Source: Ginglymostoma cirratum
Taxonomy: Eukaryota
Length of the DNA stretch: 64,000 bases
Direction: 5' to 3'
Assembly: GCA_024137785.1 (NCBI GenBank)
Contig: JAHRHZ010000139.1
Span: forward strand, 35,659,438 to 35,723,437
Shown: piece after piece, positions 54,129 through 64,000 of the stretch
How positions within the stretch are numbered: position 1 is the first letter of the stretch
Layout of the letters: each line of letters starts with the position of its first letter
Position numbers and translations under genes: made by a program
The notes under the pieces: generated by a model
Database searches by the model: none
What the model saw: only the letters and a program-made list of their open reading frames with translations
What the model was told of the DNA's origin: nothing

Positions 54129-54991
54129 CCTCCGACACTTCTGCCATCTGCAATCAGACCCCACCACCAAAGACAGTTTTCCCTCCCCACCCTTATCTGC
54201 CTTCCGGAGGGACCACTCCCTCCGCGACTCCCTTGTCCGCTCCACACTCCCCTCCAGCCCCACCACACCGGCACTTTTCCTTGTAACCGCAGGAAGTGCT
54301 ACACCTGCCCCCACACCTCCTCCCTCACCCCAATCCCAGGCCCCAAGAAGACTTTCCACATCAGGCAGATGTTCACCTGCACATCTGCCAATGTGGTATA
54401 CTGCATCCGCTGTACCCGTTGTGGCTTCCTCTACATCGGGGAAACCAAGCGGAGGCTTGGGGACCGCTTTGCAGAACACCTGCGCTCAGTTCGCAACAAA
54501 CAACTGCACCTCCCAGTCGCGAACCATTTCAACTCCACCTCCCATTCCTCAGATGACATGTCCATCCTGGGCCTCCTACAATGCCACAGTGATGCCACCC
54601 AAAGGCTGCAGGAACAGCAAATCATATTCAGCCTGGGAACCCTGCAGCCCAATGGCATCAGTGTGGATTTCACAAGCTTCAAAATCTCCCCTCCCCCAAC
54701 CGCATCCCAAAACCAGCCCAGCTCATCTCCACCTCCCTAACCTGTTTTTCCTCTCACCTCAAGCCACACCCCCATCTCCTATCTACTAACATCATCCCAC
54801 CCCCTTGACCTGGCCGTCCTCCCTGGACTGACCTATCTCCTCCCCACCTCCCTACCTACACTCACCTTTACTGGCTCCATCCCCGCCTCTTCGACTTGTC
54901 TGCCTCCTCTCCACCTATCCGCTCCTCTATCCATCCTCTATCCACCTCCCCCTCTCTCCCTATTTATTTCAGAACCCTCTTCCCCTCCCCC

Positions 54992-55027
54992 ATTTCTGAT
55001 GAAGGGTTTAGGCCCGAAACGTCAAGT
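54992..55027 (+). ncRNA. Minimal type I hammerhead ribozyme motif in the Penelope 3' repeat
   Basis: attt CTGATGA agggtttaggccc GAAAC GTC aagt: both conserved boxes, stem II, GUC triplet and a short stem I. Antisense twin at ~53171-53206. Confidence 0.75.
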
Positions 55028-56877
55028 TTTCCTGCTCCTATGATGCTGCTTGACCTGCTGTGTTCATCCAGCCCCATGCTTGTTATCTCGGATTCTCCAG
55101 CATCTGCAGTACCTTTTATCTCCAAAAAATTGGGATTCGGTTTCAGCTGCTGCTTTAGTTCCTTAATTCTTTCACGGGAAAACATATTGAATATTTAGAC
55201 AGCAAGTTCACTTTCATTATTTGGTACAGCAAGGGAAAGCTACAGAAACTTTACGTAATCATGTGGACATAAAATGACTAGAGTTCAATGAAGACTTCAA
55301 ATAGGAGAAAAAAGCAAACTTCAAGCAGACTTTCATGACTGCTTCGACCCCAAGCCATCAGGAGACTTCTATGATTTAATAACAAAAAATGTCACAGAAT
55401 GGGTTAGTCTTATACTGCAGTCTTGTAGGCTATCCCCAAGGAGAAATTGATGTTAAAAATGAACTAATGGTTAAAAGTGTTGGTCTGAAATTCTGAGGAT
55501 GCATCTTTTAAACATTAGAACTGAAATTCAAAGTCAGGGAACTGGAGTCAAAACACAGGTAAGATGGTCTGAAGACTACTATGATTTCACATGCTCCCCC
55601 TGGACCAGCAGTGACTCAAATACATATCACAATGGCTTGCCCGAGATCAGATAGCTAACAACTGCTGGGCTGCTGAGGAAAGGAACTCATTTGACAAATA
55701 CCCAGGAAATTACCATGAAAATGAACACAAGCCAATGTACAAGTTCCATCCTTTAGTTTAGAAGATTGTTCACTGGGTACCTGTAATCTTTTGGTCTATT
55801 GACAGCCATGGCTGTTATCTCAGTGAATTATTTCTTGGATTAGCATCTCAAAAATCAGAATTAACTTACGACTTGGTTTAATTTTTCAGATTTGGTACAA
55901 CCAAATTTTGTGAATTAGTCTCTCAACCCTCTGCAGTTCTACAACACATATAACAACGGTAAGTTATTAAAGAAGTTTCTTTACATGTCAATCAAGCTTG
56001 GGGAAATCGCTAAATGTGACTTTAAGTATATTAGCAGCAATAAAACAAAAATTCAGTTGATATTTTTGACAGTTAACACCAGGGCCCAGAAAATCTATGG
56101 AAGCTGAACTAGACTCCTGCTCTTAAGGACGCACAATGCTTTAAGATAAAAGGATTCGCTCAAAAACTATGTCATTTTACTAGCTCTGTTAGATTCGAAA
56201 TGACATCCTAATAAAGAAAGAAATGTACCATTTGCACATTCCTACTTTCATATCTGAAACTTTGAAAGAAGCTTCAAATATAGTTTTGCATTTAATGAAA
56301 AACCTGCAGAGTTTGGAAATGTCAAAGGAAAAATCAGCAAGTTAGATCCCAGCAAGCAAGCTGCAGCAGTGGTGGAATAGGTTTTAGAAACTAGGGGTAG
56401 GAATAAAAGACGGGGGTGGGAAGCAGTGGGGTTCTGCTGAATGGGCACGAGGATCCCATAAATGAGGTACACATCCCCTTGGTCCAACAGCAATCTGTGC
56501 TAGGAAAGTTGCCAGGCAACTTGCCTTGCCTTCCTCTTGCCTTGCCCCTCCCCCACCCCAACTCCCTCAACCCCAATTTGTCCAGCCAGAGGTAAAATTG
56601 TGCTGGCGAGGGAATTAGGCATATAGGTGGCAGCCTAAGGGCCTCAATAGGCCTTAGGGTGGATGGGCTGCCTGGTTCCTTACCCATCCACCTTTACACG
56701 GAAGACAAGTCGAGGGGGAGTAGGGAAGTGGCAGGAACCACCCGTTTTATTTTTCATGTGCCTCTGCCTCCAAATACACTGTCAGTCAAGTGGGTGGGGT
56801 GGGGCGGCTCACATAATCCACTCTAACAACACTTACTGCGAAATCTGACAAAGTCACACTCGCAGTCCAGAACAAGC

Positions 56878-57188
56878 GAGGCAATGTGATTAGCACTGCT
56901 GCCTCACAGCACCAGGGACCCGGGTTCAATTGCACCCTCGGGCAACTGTCTGTGTGGAGTTTGCACATTCTCCACTTGTCTGCGTGGGTTTCCTCCCACA
57001 GTCCAAACATGTGCAGGTGAGGTGGATTGGTGATGCTAAATTGCCTGGTAGTGTGCAGGGATGTTTAGGTTAGGTGGGAAAATGCAGGGGTAGGGGAAAT
57101 GGGTCTGGGTGGGATGCTCTTCAGAGGGGCAGTGTGGATTTGTTGGGTTAAATGGCCTGCTTCCAAGCTGTCAGATTTTTGTGATTCT
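56878..57188 (+). mobile_element. HE1/V-SINE-type SINE
   Basis: ttagcactgctgcctcacagcaccagggacccgggttcaatt..tgtgtggagtttgcacattctcc..aaatggcctgcttcca. Confidence 0.88.
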
Positions 57189-57989
57189 GCTTTGTCTCTT
57201 TCCCAGGGCATAGAACTGAACATTCCAAGTGCTTTTGCATGATAACTATCTCCCAGGATGAAAACTTCTAAGTGTATTCAATATCTTCGATACCTTTTAC
57301 CTTTTAATATATTTTTGTTCCACCCCCTCCCACACCACAATTGATTTGGAACACAATACTAAATTTTAAAACCATGCTCACTTCTGTAACCTACTTTTAA
57401 CATGTTACTTCTCACCCGTGCACTGGATTCTATGATTTCCTGCATCCCACCCCCAACCAGACCCTTGGTTAGCAAGCAGAGGAAATCTACTTTTCTATTC
57501 GGAGAATATAACTCTTCGTCTGTTTGGCAACCCATATTTCTTTTAAATTTCTTAATATTTTAGGAGTTTTTGGGCATGTTTTCAGTTCCTAATGCTGAGG
57601 CACATTGAATTTCTGGCCTCAATTGTTTTTGACACTGAGTGTGCTCAATGAGCTGTAGACAGTTCAGTGCACCATCAACCCTTCAAGAACTACAAATTGG
57701 ATTTAAAGTGATCGAACCATTTAAAAGTGGCCACACGTGGGAGTTAAAATACATTTCCTGCATTTGTGAAAACCTCATATCAAAAGCAAATAGCTGTCCA
57801 ATCCCACTGGATGGCAAAACAGATGTAGGAATGGAGCATACAGACCACTGATTGCATTGAGGGGGGAATTGCTCCTAACTCTCCTGTTTAATTCAAGGAA
57901 AACAGAGATTCTCTATTGCACAAAGTAGAGAGGAAGATTGCTCTGTTTGACACTTCAAGGTAGCCTACCTCAACGACAGCACTGTAGCA

Positions 57990-58390
57990 TTTTTTTTCAT
58001 CATTCATGAGTGTTGCTGACTGGGCCAATATTTATGGCCTATTCCTAACTGTCCTTGAACTGAATGGCTTGCTGGTAACTTCAGAAGACAGTTAAGAGTT
58101 AACTACACACTTATGTGCATCTGAAGTTACACATAGGGTGACCAAGTAACAGGTAAAGATGGCAGATTTGCTGTCCTACTGGGCATTGGTCAACCAGATG
58201 GGTTTTTGCAGCAACAGCCAACAAAGGCTAAATGATCACAATAGACTAACATTTTCTTAAAGCATCAGTTGTTTTTTATTGAATCAAATTTCACCATCTG
58301 CCATGGTGGGAGTTGAGCTCATGTCCCACAATGTTAACCTGGCGTTCTGGATCAATAGTCCAGTGACATTGCAACTACATTCACACCTCC
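57990..58390 (-). mobile_element. Subfamily B SINE related to LINE 27207-30390
   Basis: Minus strand ...aactcttaactgtcttctgaagttaccagcaagccattcagttcaaggacagttaggaataggccataaatattggcccagtcagc; head aatgtcactggactattgatccaga..catggcagatggtgaaatttga. Confidence 0.7.
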
Positions 58391-59770
58391 CTTGCTAAGC
58401 AGGAGATGGCAGGTCGGCTCACTAGTTGTTGAAATGCTTGAAAGTCTTAGGAATAGAGGTCAGCCATAATCGTATTAAAGGGTGGAGCAGGCTTGAAGGG
58501 CTGAATTGCCTACTTCTGCTCCTAGTTATTCTTATGCTCTTATCAACTTCCTTCTTGCGTATGAATGCCTCTCCTGTTAATCTGCTGTGCTATATATACA
58601 CTCATGTAAAAGTTGAGTTTGAGAGAGCAATATTTAGCCAAAATGCTGTGGATGAACTTATATTTGTATGAAATCTACACATTCCCATCATCTCAGTAGC
58701 TGTTTATGACAGTACTGCAGCTAGTTGCAGATTTGCCAAGTTGGAGACTGTTCCTGCCAATCATGAACCCCATCAAAACAAAAATAGTAAAATGGAGCCA
58801 GAAAGCATCTTCATTATTCTCTGCAGACATGAGAAGCTGAGTACTTTGAATGAGTACTTTTGCACCAGATATGCTCTACTGCAATGGTTAGTGGGTGTTA
58901 AGTCAAAAGAGTTTGGATTTTTTGACTGTATGTTCGGGGCTGACCTCTACATGAGTTACCTGAAAATTTAAGAAACTTTTGGCAAAAAAAACTGTGTTGA
59001 ATTATCCATGGGATTGACCAACACTTGAGTACGTATGGTACATTAATGCTTCACATAGGAATTAGGAGCAAAAATACCCCATTTGGACCTGCCATTCAAT
59101 AAGATCATGCTTGATCTGTTGATGTCTTGAATTCCACATTCCCACCTATTCTCAATAACCATTGATTCCACTACCAAACAAAAACAAAAATCTATCTACG
59201 TATGCCTTAAGATATCCAATGACTTCACTTCCATTTGTGGTGTCTAATTTGTGGTAACAAATATCATCATCAGCCCACAGCCCTTACCACCAGCTATGGA
59301 TTCAGCTGCTGAGGAACAGAAGCTTGAGGAGGAGCAAAGAAGAGGCAACCACAACAGCCTCTTTCTGAATGGGCAGTCCATGAAGAACTGCTGGAATAGT
59401 TGGGGTGGAAGGATGAATGATCTCTTCTTGACAGAGGACACCAGAGGAGCCATAGTCTACTGCCACTTGCCCAGGTCACCATCTCAGTAATGCTACTAAC
59501 TTACAGGAGGGCAGATTGCTGTTATATCCTGCAGGTCTTCTGCACAACCAATCAACAGAAACACGGGTGCAGTGCAGATTTTTACAGCAACAAGTGAGCC
59601 TTGCTGACCTCAGCGTGAGCTAGCACCTGCAGGTATTATGTGGACACGACTTGCACTGCAAATGAAGCATGATTGGAGCCATGGTTAGGTCAACCAGTAT
59701 TGCTGGTGTTACGGAGGAGGAATAGTCAAACCCCTCTGATAGTTAAACCAAAACACAAGTCCCAATCTGC

Positions 59771-60905
59771 TGTGACAGGAGTAGGGATTCCCCTTTAATA
59801 ATTAATCCCGGAACACCCAGAGAAGCTCACCTTTCCCCTTGTGATCTATTAAAAGAAAGAAAAGCCCTGATCTCCACTTTACAAGTAATAAGAAACAATT
59901 TATTCATTTACAAAAACAGAAGTTGCTGGAAAAGCTGAACAGATCTGCCAGCATCTAGTAGTAGTACTTGGGGGGAATTGTCGGTTTGTTAGTAATTCTG
60001 TTAATTTGTTCATTGTTGGGTTAAATAAACAAACTAGATGCTAGATGGAAGTATTACTAACTACTTCCTAACTGGTCTGAATTCTGCTGGAATACTGTTC
60101 AAATAAACACAAGTCCCAGCTAATAAGAGAACAATGAGTTATAACTTAATCTCTCCAAGTTCGAACAGACTGTCTTCTGGAATATTCTGTCTTCTCTGCT
60201 GTCTTCACAAACGCCTTTCTTCCGTTAGTTCTGCTGTCTCTATAGTTTCTTCAATGAGGACTTTGAGCTAAAATAGCATGGTACCTTTGATTAATTAGGT
60301 GGGCTTTCTCTGAGAGCTGAATGGTGCTAACTCTGGCAGGTGGCAGATGCCTCTCTCTGATTTTCCAAATGCCCTCGTCTTACATACCCATAATAATATG
60401 ATCAATTTCTTATAATATGATTGCTTTCAGGTCGTCAACACTATCAGATTAAAATTCAGAGATAACACAGTGTGGAGTTGGAGGAACACAGCAGGCCAGG
60501 CAGCATCAGAGGAGCAGGAAAACTGACATTTCGGGTCGGGACCCTTCTTCAGAAAGATTTTTAAATTTTTGAAGAAGGGTCCCAATCCGAAACGTCAGCT
60601 TTCCTGCTCCTCTGATGCTGCCTGGCCTGCTGTGTTCATCCAGCTCCACACTTTGCTATCTCTGACTCAAGCATCTTCAGTTCTTGCTATCTCAGATTTA
60701 AACTCAATTTGCTTTTTCTATCTAGGTGCTCTGTTTAAATTATTTGGCCAAATTCAAACTTGTTGTCTGGGAAAAAGTGCTGCTTGGCTTTTCTATACAA
60801 AATGTTTCCTTTTGGGCACTCTCTTTGCACCTGCATTTATAAACTTCCAAGCACGGACAAAGCACAAGCTCTTAAAGGGACCATGGTACTCTCTTCCCTA
60901 CGATC
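59771..60905. mobile_element. Possible LTR-derived segment hosting Penelope fragments
   Basis: Starts tgtgaca, has LTR-like composition and an antisense AATAAA near 59900; boundaries uncertain. Confidence 0.3.
60459..60693 (+). mobile_element. ORF-less fold-back Penelope derivative (two inverted 3' repeats) with TSD
   Basis: 60459-60554 and 60567-60662 are ~95 bp inverted arms homologous to the Penelope 3' end; flanked by agattaaaattca (60446-60458) and agatttaaactca (60694-60706). Confidence 0.85.
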
Positions 60906-61810
60906 ATTTTGACCAACAAATTCTAACTTCCTGCCTTCCAACTCATGAATACCCTACCCAACTTTGTAACATTGGAAAGAATAGGCTCTAAGCCCTGTAC
61001 AAACCCCTTTGCACAGTTAGCACGGCAAACATCCATGCTTCTTAACACTGACCGCAGGCTTACTGACAGGTTTCTCAAGTCATCAAGATGTTAATAGCAA
61101 TCGTCAATCAACTGTAGGCTGACCCAAAGTCCTTAGCTAAGTCATTTGCAGGGTATTTATATGCATTTTACACCCTACCATAAATTGCCCCTTTTGTCAC
61201 CCATGTTCCTGCCTCAGCTCCGACCCATGACCTATTATTCACCGTTTGCTAATCACGCTTTGAGTTTATCCTCATTATCTGAATTGGTGGCTGTCATGAT
61301 GAAGAGCTGGCATTGTGTACAAACTGGTAGCAGTGGGTGCAAGTGTTAGGTGAAGCATCTGAACATTTAGTATGATTCCTGCTTGGTAGAAATTGCTGGT
61401 GGTTGATAGATAGTGGAGTGGTGTTCCGAGCAGTCTCAGAGGCAAACTGCTCCATTGTTAGCTGTTGAAGACATATGCATTGTTCACGACCTTGAGTGTG
61501 TAGTCAGTGTGTCTTACTGCACTGCAGTCAGGTCTTTGGCCCTTTTGACATTGACCTCCACTCGGCCACAGCTGCCTTCTGACGATCAATCTGTAAAGTC
61601 CCAGACCCTCTGTTTGACACAGGACTTTGCTCTACTCTGCCAAGGTCTCCAAAGCAGCTTTCAGAAATAATTTCTTCAAAATGCTCAAGAATATGACCGC
61701 TTTCTAAGACCAATATATAATCATGAGCAGACAGTAGGTACTTCCTCTTCAGCCTAAACCTTAGATTCTCGATAAACCCGCCAGTTCTCATTTTTGATCC
61801 AGCAGATAAC

Positions 61811-62058
61811 NNNNNNNNNNNNNNNNNNNNNNNNNNNNNNNNNNNNNNNNNNNNNNNNNNNNNNNNNNNNNNNNNNNNNNNNNNNNNNNNNNNNNNNNNN
61901 NNNNNNNNNNNNNNNNNNNNNNNNNNNNNNNNNNNNNNNNNNNNNNNNNNNNNNNNNNNNNNNNNNNNNNNNNNNNNNNNNNNNNNNNNNNNNNNNNNNN
62001 NNNNNNNNNNNNNNNNNNNNNNNNNNNNNNNNNNNNNNNNNNNNNNNNNNNNNNNNNN
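61811..62058. other. Assembly gap (248 N)
   Basis: N run. Confidence 0.98.
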
Positions 62059-63179
62059 CTACAGAAATTTGACATTTTCTGAGAAACAGCAAGTAACTGA
62101 CAAAGGTTTAACTGTTGCCTCATCTTGCTTTCGATTGCCCCAGTTTTATTTTCTGTTATTAGCAACGGTTCAACTTTTATCCCCTTAAAAAAAAACAATA
62201 AAACTATAAAATCCAAAAATTGGTACTTTGTAGCTAATCAATCTGAATATTACAATCATACAAACGGAGAAAACATTAAATTATGCTAGTCGACCCACAC
62301 CTGTCTCTTCTCTCTTCTGAGCCCAGCTAACACATACACAGTACTGATCCCTAAGCAGAACTTAAAACCTTCCCCTGAGGTTTGGTCGTCGGGGGAGATG
62401 GGGTGAACGGGAACCCTGTGGCCATCCTGACTCTACCCCAAGCAAATCTCGGCAAGAAGGCTCATTTAAGGTAACTAATGCTCATTTAGGGGTCACATCT
62501 GCCACCAATGGTGCACCCCCAGGAGCAATAAGAGGCTCAACATGCCAGAAGCCTGAAAAGCAAGTCCTTTCAATATTCCACATGTGCTTTTCAGGGTCTT
62601 GATCAGAGATCCCCAGGTGCCTGTTTGAGGGACTCAGCACCGGGAATGGAGTCTGCTGAAAGTTACTCCCTATTCGCTTTAGGCTACTTCCACCTCCCCC
62701 ATGTGTATGACTCCCTCCCTGCCATACCTCCTGGCCTCCATCTGTGGCCAGGGTCCCTCAAAAACCCTGGGTCTCAGGTGAGTTCATTACCAACTGCTCT
62801 CCCCGTGACACTGTCAGCCATTGCAGAGCTTCCAGCCCTAATTGGCTGGCCGCTCTTGGGAGGCAGGATTTTCTGATTGGTGGTCCTTCCCCAAATATAA
62901 GTACTGCAGTGTTCTCACAGTATCCTGTCACCACCATTAAATACTGCTCTCCATCTCTTCTTATCATAGGATGCAGATACTTTAATATTTCTTCCCAGCC
63001 AAAGGAGGCAACGATACTTCAGAGAGTGAGAATAGCAGAAAATTTTGAAAGAAGTGCGCTGAGAGTTAAATTCCTTAAAAATGTTTCTAAGTTGGAATGT
63101 GACACCATCCCACCCTCTTCTAGTTTCAGCAGGGTACATTTACAAGTGAATGGGGAATGCCATGTGTGAGCTAACCAAA

Positions 63180-63526
63180 GGGGAGGCAATGGCCCAGTGG
63201 TATCATTGCTGGACTGTTAATCCAAAGACCCAGGAAAAGTTCTGGGGATCCAGGTTTGAATCCTGCCATGGCAAATGGTTAATTAACAGTGTAATGATGA
63301 CCATGAATCTATCGCCAATTGTCAGGGAAAAAATAAACCATATGGTTCACTAATGTCATTTAGGGAAGGAAACTGCCATCATTACTTGGTCTGGCCTACA
63401 TGTGACTCCAGACCCACAGCAATGTGGTTGACTCTCAATTGCCCTCTGGGTAATTAGGGATGGGTAATAAATACTGGCCTAGCCAGTCATGCCCTCATTC
63501 CATGAATGAATAAATTTTTAAAAAAT
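63180..63526 (+). mobile_element. Subfamily A SINE (tRNA head + LINE tail)
   Basis: Closely similar to 7128-7493: gggaggcaatggcccagtggtatc...ctcaattgccctctgggtaattagggatgggtaataaatactggcc...tgaatgaataaa. Confidence 0.88.
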
Positions 63527-64000
63527 AGCAGGGCCTGTAGTGGGACCTGTTTTACTTCAATTCACCCACGATCCTGAGCAAACAGAGAGGGTGGGCAGTA
63601 CCACATGAAGGATTTCAAATTAAAGGGACCACTGATTCAGTGACAAAAAACTCAGAATGCACAGGAAAGGACGTGAGACTTGGAAAGGTTGTTTACTAGG
63701 CCTTTGACTTGAATGTCATGCTGCGATCTGAGGGACTGTGACTGAGTCGATTTTCCTTCAGGTCAGGAAAATATGGACAATATCAGGCATGAGCAGGTGG
63801 ATGAGGCTGAGGAGATCTGCAGCAGGGCTTGCTTCCCTCATCATGGGATCAGTGCACCTAGACGGTCAGGGATTTCAGGAGGGCAGGGAAGGTGAGTGAC
63901 ACATCATGCTTAGGTGCCAATCCCACATTCTTCATTGTGGCATTCCTCAGAGCAACATGGGTTCCAACAGCACATGTTCTCTTCTCTCTAGGCACATCCT

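Larger units (their letters stand above)
53114..55120 (+). mobile_element. Young Penelope-like element: inverted 5' partial repeat + RT thumb + GIY-YIG + 3' repeat, 16-bp TSD
   Basis: FTNTFHPKLKFTWTIS..FLDL..KPTDSHSYL..PYSQFLRL, then CNRRKCYTC..VVYCIRCTRCGFLYIGETKRRLGDRFAEH. 53114-53396 is the reverse complement of ~54800-55084. tccaaaaaattgggat flanks it at 53098-53113 and 55121-55136. Confidence 0.95.

Noticed and set aside
61754-62216. Long ORFs spanning the second gap
   Set aside because: Open only because of the N run.
62955-62985. YDKKR on the minus strand as a possible end of the DNTT penultimate exon (YDKTK)
   Set aside because: No preceding QFERDLRR/DNHAL similarity and no GT donor at the expected position.

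Overview
Repeat-rich vertebrate genomic DNA, most likely from a shark (elasmobranch), inferred from HE1/V-SINE-type, DeuSINE-type, CR1, L2 and Penelope repeats. The only host coding sequence I recognise is the last coding exon of terminal deoxynucleotidyl transferase (DNTT/TdT) on the minus strand at 49545-49631 ([28 protein letters not shown]), which the ORF track misses. 49632-64000 is therefore probably the last DNTT intron and 1-49300 is downstream sequence. The rest is mostly decayed mobile DNA: CR1 LINEs, Penelope elements with minimal hammerhead ribozyme cores, Harbinger-type Myb/SANT remnants and MITEs, several tRNA-derived SINE families, a solo LTR and a tRNA-iMet pseudogene. Most notable: (1) an ORF1-less LINE with a tRNA-derived head, sharing both ends with two SINE subfamilies that look like its internal deletions; (2) a candidate cassette exon in the last DNTT intron; (3) Penelope hammerheads, including a ~235 bp ORF-less fold-back element. 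There are two assembly gaps, one apparently an artefactual overlap. Repeat boundaries are by-eye estimates and family names come from recognition, not database searches.
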